From an uncultured Defluviitaleaceae bacterium (GTDB lineage Bacteria > Bacillota > Clostridia > Lachnospirales > CAYYRV01), in NCBI GenBank assembly GCA_964474135.1, contig CAYYRV010000025.1, forward strand, positions 1 to 35,491: a DNA stretch of 35,491 bases. Reading direction: 5' to 3'. Both the position numbers and the translations under genes were made by a program. The notes beneath the pieces were generated by a model, which had not been told where the DNA came from, searched no databases, and saw nothing but the letters and a program-made list of their open reading frames with translations. Positions 7,737 through 16,744 of the stretch are shown here, piece by piece. Numbering within the stretch: the stretch's first letter is position 1; every line of letters starts with the position of its first letter.

Positions 7737-9725
7737 TCATTTCAAAAATAATCTTACGAACTGATAAAAAATTAATGCTACAAAATATGCAATACTTGTT
7801 TGAAAAACTACTATCATAAATGCTTTTTTTATACTATTAAGTTCACGGTTAATTACTGCAATTGTTGCAACGCAAGGAGTGTATAATAATGTAAAAATTA
7901 AAAATGAAGTAGCAGAAAGAGGAGTGAATAATTCGGCAATAGAAGATTGAGGTATTAAAACCATAAGTGTACTAACAACAGCCTCTTTTGCAGTAAAACC
8001 AGTTAATAATGCAGTTGCTGTACGCCAATCATCAAAGCCTAAAGGAATAAATACAGGGGAAATAACTTTACCTAAGCTTGCAAGCATACTGTCCCCGCTA
8101 TCTAACACCATATTAAAGCGGTAATTAAATGATTGCAAAAACCAAATTATAATAGAAATAATAAAAATTACAGTAAATGCTTTGACAAGAAAGTCTTTAG
8201 CTTTACTCCATACCAAAAGGTAAATGCTTTTTAAAGATGGTATTCTGTATGGAGGCAATTCCATAATAAAAGGAGAGGACTTTCCAACAAACATTGTTTT
8301 GTTTAAAATTAATCCGCATACTATTCCTACTAAAATGCCTGTAATATATAATAAAAACATAACTATAGCCGCTTTATCACTAAAAAAAACCGAAATAAAA
8401 ACCGCATAAATAGGAAGCTTTGCACTACATGACATAAAAGGAATTAAAATAATTGTCATTTTCCTATCACGTTCACTGCCTAAAGTTCGTGTTGACATAA
8501 TTGCTGGAACAGAACAGCCGAAACCTATTAAAAGAGGTACAAATGAACGCCCCGAAAGCCCTAGCTTACGAAGAAACTTATCCATTATAAATGCAACTCG
8601 AGCCATATATCCGCTATCTTCCAATAAAGATAAAAAGAAAAATAAAACCATAATAATTGGTAAAAAAGATAAAACACTCCCTACACCTGAAAATATTCCA
8701 TCAATAACTAAAGAGCGAACTGTATTATTAACTTCTAATAATACTAGGAAATCGTTTGTATATACAGTTAAGTAATTAATTCCTTCTGATAATAAATCAC
8801 TAAAATAACTACCTATAACATTAAAACTAAGCCAAAAAACCAAAAGCATTATGCATAAAAATATCGGTAGTGCAAAAATTTTATGTGCTAGTAAATTATC
8901 TATCTTTATTGAGCGTTCTTGATGTTTTGAATTATTTTTTTTAACAACAGATACTTTGCAAATATTTTCTATAAAATTATAACGCATGTCGGCTAATGCG
9001 GCATCTCTTTGTGTATCAAGCTCTGTTTCCATTTCGGTTATAGTATGCTCTAAAATATCAAGTTCATTATCAGATAGTTGTAGTGCTTTAGTTAATAACT
9101 CGTCTCCTTCAATTATTTTTGAGGCGGCAAAACGCATTGGTATATTAATTTTTATTGCATGGTCTTCAATCATATGAGTTATTGAATGAATAGCTCTATG
9201 TACAGCACCCGTACAGAAGTCTAGTTTTTTTGGTAGTGTTTTGTTTTCCATAATTAACAAAGCAGTATCAATTAATTCGGCAATTCCCTCGTTTTTAGCC
9301 GCCGAAATTGGAATAACAGGAATCCCTAATTCTACACTTAATTTTGATACTTTTATAGAGTTCCCGTTTTCTCGCATTTCGTCCATCATGTTTAGTGCAA
9401 TAACAGTAGGTATGTTAAGTTCAATTAACTGTAATGTTAAATACAAATTTCTTTCTATGTTTGTGGCATCTACTATATTTATAATACAATTTGAGTTGTC
9501 TTTCAGCAAGAAGTCACGGGTTACTATTTCTTCTTGTGTAAAAGGGGATAGAGAATAAATTCCCGGTAAATCAACAATTGTAACATTAGAATTGTTTTTT
9601 AGTATTCCACTTTTCTGTTCAACAGTAACACCTGGAAAATTTCCAACATGTTGGTTAGAGCCTGTTAACGCATTAAAAAGGGTAGTTTTGCCAGAATTTT
9701 GGTTTCCAGCTAAAGCAATTATCAT
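7737..9725 (-). CDS. feoB: Ferrous iron transporter FeoB (N-terminal G-domain plus polytopic permease).
   Basis: N-terminus MIIALAGNQNSGKTTLFNALTG (G1), DLPGIYSL (G3), NMMD (G4), then about 400 aa of membrane domain. Confidence 0.9.
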   Translation of the reverse strand: MIIALAGNQNSGKTTLFNALTGSNQHVGNFPGVTVEQKSGILKNNSNVTIVDLPGIYSLSPFTQEEIVTRDFLLKDNSNCIINIVDATNIERNLYLTLQLIELNIPTVIALNMMDEMRENGNSIKVSKLSVELGIPVIPISAAKNEGIAELIDTALLIMENKTLPKKLDFCTGAVHRAIHSITHMIEDHAIKINIPMRFAASKIIEGDELLTKALQLSDNELDILEHTITEMETELDTQRDAALADMRYNFIENICKVSVVKKNNSKHQERSIKIDNLLAHKIFALPIFLCIMLLVFWLSFNVIGSYFSDLLSEGINYLTVYTNDFLVLLEVNNTVRSLVIDGIFSGVGSVLSFLPIIMVLFFFLSLLEDSGYMARVAFIMDKFLRKLGLSGRSFVPLLIGFGCSVPAIMSTRTLGSERDRKMTIILIPFMSCSAKLPIYAVFISVFFSDKAAIVMFLLYITGILVGIVCGLILNKTMFVGKSSPFIMELPPYRIPSLKSIYLLVWSKAKDFLVKAFTVIFIISIIIWFLQSFNYRFNMVLDSGDSMLASLGKVISPVFIPLGFDDWRTATALLTGFTAKEAVVSTLMVLIPQSSIAELFTPLSATSFLIFTLLYTPCVATIAVINRELNSIKKAFMIVVFQTSIAYFVALIFYQFVRLFLK

Positions 9726-9970
9726 AATATCACCTCATGAACTTTTTTTACATAAATTTGCTTTGCGTCCTCCAGTCGTATTGTAAGTTCATACCCTCTT
9801 AAAAATATTTCTATAGGGTCTCCCATAGGAGCAATTCTGCGTATCATAATATTCGTTTTTGGGGTAAGCCCCAAATCAAGCAAGCGTCTTCTAATAGCAC
9901 CTTCGCTATTTAATTTTTCAATTCTTACGGTTTCACCGCATTTTATTTTGTCTAATGTTAATGTATCCAA
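9722..9970 (-). CDS. feoA: FeoA (SH3-like ferrous iron transport protein A).
   Basis: 82 aa reading LDKIKCGETVRIEKL...RRRLLDLGLTPKTNI, which is the FeoA fold signature. It overlaps the feoB start by 4 nt. Confidence 0.8.
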   Translation of the reverse strand: MDTLTLDKIKCGETVRIEKLNSEGAIRRRLLDLGLTPKTNIMIRRIAPMGDPIEIFLRGYELTIRLEDAKQIYVKKVHEVIL

Positions 9971-10054
9971 GATTTACAACCTCCGTCTAGCATATGTTAG
10001 CCATTGCTAACTAAATTGAGTTTACTATAGCTAACTTAATTTGTCAAGTATATA

Positions 10055-10090
10055 TTAACGTAAGTTCAACGTAGTCGAACTTACGTTAAT
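10055..10090. repeat. Solo TIR palindrome of family 1 (AACGTAAGTTCAAC-GTA-GTCGAACTTACGTT).
   Basis: A 14-bp inverted repeat with one mismatch, homologous to 7471..7500 and to the ends of the long copies. Confidence 0.5.
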
Positions 10091-10252
10091 ATTAATTTTA
10101 GTAATTACATTTTTCTTTATATAATGAAATTTAATAAACTTTAAAAAAGTTTTTCAAAACCATTCAAAAAAATTTAACAAGGTCTTTAAAATGAATCAAT
10201 TATAATATATAATAAAGTATAAAAAGTATCATTAAAATTTAGGAGTGGTAAT

Positions 10253-11605
10253 TTGCAAGTATATTTTGTGTCTCTCGGTTGCGATAAAAATTTAGTTGAC
10301 AGTGAGATAATGTTAGGTATTATAAATGAAGAAGGCTATAAAATTACACAAGCTGCAGAGGAAGCAAATGTAATTATTATTAATACATGCGGTTTTATAG
10401 CAGATGCTAATTCCGAAGGTGTAGAAACTATCCTACAAATGGCAGAATACAAAAAAAGCGGAAATTGCAAAGCAATTATTGTAACTGGTTGTATGGCTCA
10501 AAGATATAAAGAGGAAATATTTAAAGAACTTCCAGAGGTTGATGCAATTGTAGGTGTTGGAGACTTTGAGGAAATAGGAAGAGTAATAAAAGAAGCCGAA
10601 TTGGCTTCAAAAGACGGAAAGAAGATTAGTATTATAAATGACAATAATAAAACTTTAAAAGAAGAAAGCAGATTAAAGCGTATAATAAGCACTCCCAGTT
10701 ATTTTGCATATTTGAAAATAGCAGAGGGCTGTGATAATTTATGTACTTATTGTACAATTCCTAGCATAAGAGGAAATTATAGAAGCAGGAAAATAGAAAG
10801 TATATTGGAAGAAGCTGAAATATTAGTACAAAAGGGTGTAAAGGAAATTATTTTGGTTGCACAAGATACATCTTTATATGGAACAGATATATATAATGAA
10901 AATATGCTTCATACACTTTTACAAAAGCTTTCCGAAATAGAGGGTTTAAGTTGGATAAGGTTAATGTACTGTTACCCTGAACATATTACTGAACAAACAA
11001 TAAATGAAATGTCAAGTAATAATAAAGTTTGTAAATATATAGATATGCCTATTCAACACTCTGACGATAATGTTTTGAAGAGAATGGGAAGGAAAAGTAC
11101 AAATAATCAGCTTTTGAATGTTATACAAAAGTTAAGAAGTAAAATGTCCGATATAATAATTAGAACTACATTAATTGTTGGTTTTCCTGGTGAAACAGAG
11201 GAAGAGTTTGAGAACCTTTATAACTTTGTAAAAGATGTGAGATTTGATAGGCTAGGAGTTTTTGAATATTCTCAAGAGGAGGGAACCCCTGCTGCTAAAA
11301 TGAAAAATCAAATTGATAAACAAGTTAAAAGTAGACGCAAAGACGACATTATGAGAATACAAATGGATATATCTCATGAAAAAAGCAACAACCTAATCGG
11401 TAAAATATTTAAAGTAATAGTTGACGGAAAATTGCCAGAAGAAGATGTTTATTGCGGAAGAAGCTATATGGACTGCTATGATATAGACGGAATGGTTTTT
11501 TTTGAAAGTGATGATGAACTTATAGCAGGAGACTTTGTAACTGTTAAAATAACTAAAGCTTCTGACTATGATTTAATTGGGGAGGTAATAAATGAACTTA
11601 CCTAA
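10253..11605 (+). CDS. rimO: Ribosomal protein S12 methylthiotransferase RimO (radical SAM, MiaB family).
   Basis: N-terminus VYFVSLGCDKNLVDSE. Radical SAM motif CTYCTIPSIRG. C-terminal TRAM domain. TTG start with an AGGAG RBS. Confidence 0.85.
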   Translation: MQVYFVSLGCDKNLVDSEIMLGIINEEGYKITQAAEEANVIIINTCGFIADANSEGVETILQMAEYKKSGNCKAIIVTGCMAQRYKEEIFKELPEVDAIVGVGDFEEIGRVIKEAELASKDGKKISIINDNNKTLKEESRLKRIISTPSYFAYLKIAEGCDNLCTYCTIPSIRGNYRSRKIESILEEAEILVQKGVKEIILVAQDTSLYGTDIYNENMLHTLLQKLSEIEGLSWIRLMYCYPEHITEQTINEMSSNNKVCKYIDMPIQHSDDNVLKRMGRKSTNNQLLNVIQKLRSKMSDIIIRTTLIVGFPGETEEEFENLYNFVKDVRFDRLGVFEYSQEEGTPAAKMKNQIDKQVKSRRKDDIMRIQMDISHEKSNNLIGKIFKVIVDGKLPEEDVYCGRSYMDCYDIDGMVFFESDDELIAGDFVTVKITKASDYDLIGEVINELT

Positions 11606-12140
11606 CAAACTGACACTGTTACGAGTTTTATTAATACCAATATTTTTGGTTGTAATTTTAGGTACGTTTTTAGATGAACAGACAAGCAGATATGTAGCAA
11701 CAGCAATATTTATTGTTGCTTCAATAACAGATGCACTTGATGGTTATATAGCTAGAAGTCAAAATTTAGTTACAAATTTTGGCAAGTTTATGGACCCTTT
11801 AGCTGACAAGCTTTTAGTTTGTGCGGCACTTATAGCTTTAATACAAACAGGAGACTTACAAGCATGGGTTGTTATCTTAATCATAAGCAGGGAATTTATT
11901 ATTACTGGTTTTAGGCTTATTGCTGTAGAAAAAAATGTTATTATTGCCGCAGGATTTTGGGGAAAACTCAAAACAATTTCTCAAATGGTTATGATAATAT
12001 TTGTTATACTTAATTTTAAAGGAGACATTTTTAATATAATAAATAGTATATTAATATGGCTTTCTGTTACTTTTACACTAGTATCGGCAATAGAATATAT
12101 TTATAAAAATATTAATGTTTTAAAAGACACAAATAATTAG
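11592..12140 (+). CDS. pgsA: CDP-diacylglycerol--glycerol-3-phosphate 3-phosphatidyltransferase.
   Basis: CDP-alcohol phosphatidyltransferase motif DALDGYIARSQNLVTNFGKFMDPLADKL. It overlaps the rimO stop by 14 nt. Confidence 0.8.
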   Translation: MNLPNKLTLLRVLLIPIFLVVILGTFLDEQTSRYVATAIFIVASITDALDGYIARSQNLVTNFGKFMDPLADKLLVCAALIALIQTGDLQAWVVILIISREFIITGFRLIAVEKNVIIAAGFWGKLKTISQMVMIIFVILNFKGDIFNIINSILIWLSVTFTLVSAIEYIYKNINVLKDTNN

Positions 12141-12170
12141 TCTTACGTATAATTAAAAGGAGTTTATTAG

Positions 12171-12476
12171 ATGATATCAAGCAAACAAAGGTCATACTTA
12201 AGAAGTTTAGCAAATAATATTGAAGCAGTAATACAAGTAGGAAAAGGAGGTGTAACTCCCGAACTTACAAAAAGTGTAGATGAGGTTTTAGAAAAAAGAG
12301 AATTAGTAAAATTATCAATTTTAAATAATTGTATGGAAGAACCGAAAGAAGTTGCCGATATACTAAGTGGTAGAACTCGTTCCGAGGTGATTCAAGTAAT
12401 AGGAAAAAAAATAGTTTTATTCAGGCAATCAAAGAAAAAGCCGACTATTGATATTGACTCAAAAAGTTTAAAATAA
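12171..12476 (+). CDS. yhbY: YhbY/CRS1-family RNA-binding protein (ribosome assembly).
   Basis: 101 aa reading SKQRSYLRSLANNIEAVIQVGKGGVT...VKLSIL. Confidence 0.7.
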   Translation: MISSKQRSYLRSLANNIEAVIQVGKGGVTPELTKSVDEVLEKRELVKLSILNNCMEEPKEVADILSGRTRSEVIQVIGKKIVLFRQSKKKPTIDIDSKSLK

Positions 12477-12496
12477 CATTACAAAACTATTAAGCC

Positions 12497-12612
12497 GTAA
12501 ATTTTAAGATTTTTCATGTTATAGGTATAAATTTAGCCTAATTTTTGCTAGATTTATGCGATTATTAGCAAGAGTTTGATGCAGTTTTTATTGCATTTAG
12601 CTTACACTTATT
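12497..12612. repeat. Partial copy of MITE-like family 1 (module ...TTTAGCCTAATTTTTGCTAGATTTATGCGATTATTAGCAAGAGTTTGATGCAGTTTTTATTGCA...).
   Basis: Aligns with 30961..31110 and 23436..23570. Confidence 0.5.
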
Positions 12613-12638
12613 TATGTTAAAATGAGGAGGTAGATAAA

Positions 12639-14138
12639 ATGAAAAAAAGATTATGCTATATTTTACTGGTTTTCTTATTATCAACTTTGATTTCGACAAC
12701 AGTATATGCTGCCGAAGGAGTTACATTAACAAAAGGCGGCATTGCAAATGTACTTCAAGTTATTGATGGTGAAACTATTAAGGTTGAAATGCAAGACTCA
12801 AAGGATATTGCTTATATTAAATTAATAGGTGTAGATTCCTCTGGTTATCCAAAAGCTTTAGATTATATGAATTCAACGCTTTCTGGAAAATTAGTTAGTC
12901 TAAGCTTTGACAATAAGGTTAAAACACCTGTAGACAGATGGAACATGATGTATGTTCATTGTGACGGGGTTTTAATTAATCAAGATATATTAGATAAAGG
13001 TTATGCTAAAATATCAGAGGATACTAAAAACGCATCTATGTTTAATTCAGCTATCCCTAATACTTCCGGTTATGCTTCATCAGGTAATAATAATAATTAT
13101 AATCCATACTACTATAATCCGTATTACTCCAATTTGAATTTTTCTGATAATACTGATAGTAATAATGTACCTTTTAAATATATTAATGGGGAATTATATT
13201 ACTATAGGGAGGGTCTTTACTATCCATACAAAGATTTAGATTTAGGCGATTACTATTATTACTATGATTATAACAACAGCTATTATAGTGGAAATGGTGT
13301 TAATATTAATACTGCAACAGTTGAGCAGTTACAAAGTACTTTAGTTGACGTAAATGGTAGTATAGCTACTAATATTGTTAACTATCGTAGCGGCAAATCA
13401 TTTAATACCGTAGATGACATAAAAAAAGTAAGTGGCTTTACTACTGAATTATTTAATAAAAACCGCAAATATATGACAGTATCGACAAATATTAATACTG
13501 CCACTAAAAATGAATTGCTTTCTCTTAAATTTTTTACGGAAGAAGATGCAGTTGCTATAATTAATTACAGAGCATCTAATAAATTTACTAATATTTCAGA
13601 ATTAACTTCTGAAGAACTAATTTCAAAAAGCACTTATGAATCTAACTCTAAGTTTATTTCGACTTATGATAAAGGCATATTAAGTTATGACGGAACGGGA
13701 TATTATCCACAACTTCCATACTATAACTATAACCCTTATTATGGAGATTATAACAACCCTTATTATGGAAATAACAATTCCCATTATGGAAATTATAACT
13801 ACCCTTATTACGGAAATAATAATTATCCATATTATGGAAATAACAACTCTTATTATGGAAATTATAACTACCCTTATTATGGTAATGGTGGCTATCCATA
13901 TTATCCTTATCCATACTATCCATATTCTCCTATAGATGGTAAGATAAATATTAATACAGCAACCGAAGACCAGCTTCTAAGATTAGATTACGCTATAACA
14001 GTTGATTTCGCTAAACAAATTATATCTAGAAGAGATAGTAGTAAGTTTGAATCACTGCAAGATATAGAGGATTACTTCTATGACAAAAATAAAAGCGATA
14101 TTTACAACCGCTGTAAAGACAAATTTACTGTTAAGTAA
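12639..14138 (+). CDS. Secreted multidomain protein. It has a signal peptide, a thermonuclease (SNase-like) domain, Y/N/P-rich low-complexity linkers, three ComEA-like helix-hairpin-helix DNA-binding modules, and a (N)PYYGNNN tandem-repeat block.
   Basis: Signal peptide MKKRLCYILLVFLLSTLISTTVYA. SNase-like segment VIDGETIKV...IKLIGVDS...NMMYVHCDGVLINQDILDKGYAKI. Three INTAT...L HhH motifs (NINTATVEQL, NINTATKNEL, NINTATEDQL). DNA tandem repeat at 13702..13932. Confidence 0.6.
   Translation: MKKRLCYILLVFLLSTLISTTVYAAEGVTLTKGGIANVLQVIDGETIKVEMQDSKDIAYIKLIGVDSSGYPKALDYMNSTLSGKLVSLSFDNKVKTPVDRWNMMYVHCDGVLINQDILDKGYAKISEDTKNASMFNSAIPNTSGYASSGNNNNYNPYYYNPYYSNLNFSDNTDSNNVPFKYINGELYYYREGLYYPYKDLDLGDYYYYYDYNNSYYSGNGVNINTATVEQLQSTLVDVNGSIATNIVNYRSGKSFNTVDDIKKVSGFTTELFNKNRKYMTVSTNINTATKNELLSLKFFTEEDAVAIINYRASNKFTNISELTSEELISKSTYESNSKFISTYDKGILSYDGTGYYPQLPYYNYNPYYGDYNNPYYGNNNSHYGNYNYPYYGNNNYPYYGNNNSYYGNYNYPYYGNGGYPYYPYPYYPYSPIDGKININTATEDQLLRLDYAITVDFAKQIISRRDSSKFESLQDIEDYFYDKNKSDIYNRCKDKFTVK
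13702..13932 (+). repeat. In-frame coding tandem repeat (about 72-nt unit with a 24-27-nt sub-period) encoding YYGNNNSxYGNYNYPYYGNN.
   Basis: Two near-identical 72-nt blocks at about 13760-13815 and 13831-13886, plus degenerate flanking units. The repeat also produces the artefactual ORFs 13654..13923(-) and 13687..13935(+). Confidence 0.7.
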
Positions 14139-14140
14139 TG

Positions 14141-14397
14141 TGAGCTTAGCAAAAAGTCATCAAAAGTTCGATGCAGTTTTTATTGTGTCGAACTTTTAGT
14201 GATTTTTAGAATATGTATTCAATATTAAGTTACTGGATTGGCAAATATTTGCATTGTTACGCAATAAATTGGTAACATAGCGTTCAAGGCAGTATTTACG
14301 CTAGGGCTACTGAAGAAACGAAGTAACGTTAAAAATGTAAAGGCGGTAGTTCAAACATTGAGTACAGATTCTTATTACATATTTATAAAAGTATAAA
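14141..14397. repeat. Family-1 hairpin module (ATCAAAAGTTCGATGCAGTTTTTATTGTGTCGAACTTTT, probably also the terminator of the upstream gene) followed by a family-2 element (14208..14396) with diverged TIRs.
   Basis: TAGAATATGTATTCAATATT at 14208-14227 is the inverted complement of CATTGAGTACAGATTCTTA at 14375-14393. The interior is homologous to 6770..6880. Confidence 0.5.
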
Positions 14398-14417
14398 ATA
14401 AAGGATGGTAATTTATT

Positions 14418-15113
14418 ATGCATAAATATAAACTTTTCAAATGTATTTGTATGCTGATTACAGCTATACTTATAGTGAATATATTTACAACGACATATGC
14501 TATTACCGACACTAGTAACATAAACAACTTAAATATTTATGTTAGCAATTGTAATGTAAAATTTGATTTTTCGTCCGATGGTCAATATAGTTATGATTAT
14601 GACGAATCTAAGTTCACAATAACAACTACAATAAAAGGTTCAACAACAGAAATTACTATAACCCCTAAAAATAATGACAAAACAAATAAAACACCTAATA
14701 CAAACCAGAATAATGAACAAGTTTTTGATATAATAAAAGTTTATATTCCAAATGAATCCTATAATACAGTTACTGTTACCAATAATAAAGCTGGCATAGG
14801 GCTTCCTTCATTTGACTCTAATATCAATTATACTTGTACTAATGGAGCAGCAAATATTAATCTGCCTAAAGAATATGAAAAAAACTTAAATTTTAAAGCT
14901 GTAAGCAGTGCAGTTTCTATTGGTATAAATGAACCATCAAACTTTACAATGACTTTAAAACGTGATTCTGATAGTGTCGCAAGTCTGCCTAAACATTTCC
15001 CTACATATACATTTGATTCTGACTATACTGTGGAACGTGGTAATGGTAAATCAAAAATAAATATTGATGTGGAAAAGTGTGCACTAACTTTAAGTGTTAA
15101 TGAGAAGAAATAA
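14418..15113 (+). CDS. Secreted hypothetical protein (signal peptide, beta-rich, Thr/Asn-rich).
   Basis: N-terminal signal peptide KCICMLITAILIVNIFTTTYA. No recognisable catalytic motif. Confidence 0.5.
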   Translation: MHKYKLFKCICMLITAILIVNIFTTTYAITDTSNINNLNIYVSNCNVKFDFSSDGQYSYDYDESKFTITTTIKGSTTEITITPKNNDKTNKTPNTNQNNEQVFDIIKVYIPNESYNTVTVTNNKAGIGLPSFDSNINYTCTNGAANINLPKEYEKNLNFKAVSSAVSIGINEPSNFTMTLKRDSDSVASLPKHFPTYTFDSDYTVERGNGKSKINIDVEKCALTLSVNEKK

Positions 15114-15116
15114 AAG

Positions 15117-15168
15117 AAAAAGGCTGTTGCCAAATGACAATAATAGTCATGAAGCAATAGCCTTTTTT
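15117..15168. terminator. Bidirectional rho-independent terminator (convergent secreted-protein gene and rpsI).
   Basis: Stem AAAAGGCTGTTGC / GCAATAGCCTTTT (12 bp, one mismatch) with a 23-nt loop and T-runs on both strands. Confidence 0.55.
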
Positions 15169-15193
15169 AGATATAAAGCAATTTTTAATAAAA

Positions 15194-15586
15194 TTATCTT
15201 TTTGAAAACTGAGGAGCACGTCTTGCGCCTTTTAATCCATATTTCTTTCTTTCTTTCATACGAGGGTCTCTTGTAAGAAAACCAGCTTTTTTAAGAGCAG
15301 GACGTAAATCTGTATCGGCTTGCAAAAGGGCACGAGAAATACCGTGTCTTATAGCACCAGCTTGACCTGTAAAGCCACCTCCGAAAACATTTACCCTAAC
15401 ATCAAATTTTGAAAGAGTACCTGTTAACTCAAGCGGTTGTCTAATAATAAGCTTTAAAGTTTCAAGTCCAAAATAATTATCTATATCTCTCTTATTAATT
15501 GTAATTTTACCATTTCCTGGTACTAAATATACTCTGGCAACAGAACTTTTTCTTCTTCCTGTTCCGTAATATCTTGCTGCTGTCAT
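15194..15586 (-). CDS. rpsI: 30S ribosomal protein S9. The real start is at [13 protein letters not shown]; the ORF-track start at 15604 is an over-extension.
   Basis: C-terminus [20 protein letters not shown]...[40 protein letters not shown] precedes the ATG at 15584-15586. Confidence 0.9.
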   Translation of the reverse strand: MTAARYYGTGRRKSSVARVYLVPGNGKITINKRDIDNYFGLETLKLIIRQPLELTGTLSKFDVRVNVFGGGFTGQAGAIRHGISRALLQADTDLRPALKKAGFLTRDPRMKERKKYGLKGARRAPQFSKR

Positions 15587-15606
15587 TTTAAAACCTCCTC
15601 CCAAAA

Positions 15607-16044
15607 TTAATATTTAATCTCTAATAAAACTGGTTTTTGAGCCTCATGCTCATGATTAGAACCTGTGTAAACATGTAACTTTTTAAGAGTGTTGCGACCA
15701 ATAGTATTTTTTGGAAGCATACCTTTTACAGCATGTTTAATAACTTCTTCAGGTTTTTTATCCATCATAGCACGCAAAGTAGTCTCTTTAAGTCCGCCTG
15801 CCCATCCTGAATGTCTTCTATAAATTTTTTGGTCCATTTTTTTACCTGTTACATTAATTTTTTCTGCATTAATAACAATTACAAAATCTCCGGTATCTAC
15901 GTGTGGTGTAAAAATAGGTTTATTTTTACCTCTTAATATTTTAGCAATTTCTGATGATAAACGTCCAAGTGTATGGTCAGTTGCATCAATAACATACCAT
16001 TCTCTTTTTACTTCTGCGGGTTTAGCAATAAATGTTGACCTCAT
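15607..16044 (-). CDS. rplM: 50S ribosomal protein L13.
   Basis: [21 protein letters not shown]...[27 protein letters not shown] is the canonical L13 N-terminus. Confidence 0.9.
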   Translation of the reverse strand: MRSTFIAKPAEVKREWYVIDATDHTLGRLSSEIAKILRGKNKPIFTPHVDTGDFVIVINAEKINVTGKKMDQKIYRRHSGWAGGLKETTLRAMMDKKPEEVIKHAVKGMLPKNTIGRNTLKKLHVYTGSNHEHEAQKPVLLEIKY

Positions 16045-16134
16045 TTTTGTATGACCTCCTTATTCAAATTATATTTATCATAATTAAAAACCCGGGGCTA
16101 ACGGATTTTAAAGTGGCAAATTTAAAACAGAGAT

Positions 16135-16163
16135 ATTATATTTCATTTTCTATGTTATGTCAA
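16135..16163 (-). promoter_or_regulatory. Sigma-70-type promoter for rplM-rpsI: TTGACA, 17-nt spacer, TATAAT.
   Basis: On the minus strand the sequence reads TTGACATAACATAGAAAATGAAATATAAT. The -35 is at 16158..16163 and the -10 at 16135..16140, both matching consensus, with a 17-nt spacer. Confidence 0.55.
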
Positions 16164-16230
16164 TAAAACATAGCAATAATTTTTTAAAATAAGGAGGTTT
16201 GGAAGCATTTGAAGAGAATATAGTGTTGTA

Positions 16231-16464
16231 TTATTCATTTAGATTTTCTTCATCTACAGCGGTTTTAAGTATATAGTCGGGTAAGGAAACTAGTTCAGAC
16301 GGTCTAAAAATATGAAATACTGGGTATTGAGTGCTAACAAATAGGTCGAACCCCATAACAACAGCTCTAATACAAAAGCTTCGGTCTTCTCCCCAAAAAG
16401 AAAGGTTGTATATTGGGCTAAAGTTTACTCCTCTTTCAAGTACAGTTTTGGTAATTAATGTGCA
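16231..16464 (-). pseudogene. truA: C-terminal remnant (about 77 codons) of tRNA pseudouridine synthase TruA. It lacks a start, and the reading frame is cut by a stop exactly where repeat element G begins.
   Basis: The minus-frame translation reads ...ERGVNFSPIYNLSFWGEDRSFCIRAVVMGFDLFVSTQYPVF...ENLNE*. It resembles the TruA C-terminus (..DRTLAAATAPAxGLyLVxVxYP..). truA is the conserved gene upstream of rplM in Firmicutes. Confidence 0.4.
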
Positions 16465-16665
16465 TTAACGTGAAAAATCTTACGATTTCGGCTTGTTTCA
16501 CAATCCGGTTCGACTATGTCGAACTCACGTTAATTTAATATTAGAACCTACTCTCAATAGCTGTTTACTCGCCCCTAGAAGCGGTTATTGTGTCAAATAT
16601 CTGTAGTTTTTGGCTTTTGTCAAAATATAGTTCGACTTCGTTGGAATCACGATATATTATATGTC
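16462..16665. repeat. Nested repeat fragments: a truncated family-1 copy in reverse orientation (16466..16535, including the TIR pair GTTCGAC-TATG-TCGAAC-TCACGTTAA) and a family-2-like left TIR (TTAGAACCTACTCTCAATA, 16537..16556).
   Basis: rc(16466..16535) aligns with the left 70 bp of 30961..31110. Confidence 0.5.
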
Positions 16666-16744
16666 CTAAAATTAGAATTGTGAAAATTAGGGAAAACCTT
16701 GAGGGGAATATGGTATGGGGCTGAAAGCCCCAAATAATATTAGC

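Noticed and set aside
8224-9786. Four 61-105-aa plus-strand ORFs within feoB, and 10498-10692(-) within rimO
   Set aside because: They are antisense to well-supported conserved genes and have no start context.
13654-13935. Two overlapping ORFs (minus 89 aa, plus 82 aa in another frame) with HNKG/IMEITTL repeats
   Set aside because: They are artefacts of the in-frame tandem DNA repeat inside the 12639-14138 gene. The repeat keeps alternative frames open.
15094-15276. 60-aa ORF spanning the terminator between 14418-15113 and rpsI
   Set aside because: It overlaps a strong bidirectional terminator hairpin and the rpsI 3' end on the opposite strand, and has no RBS.
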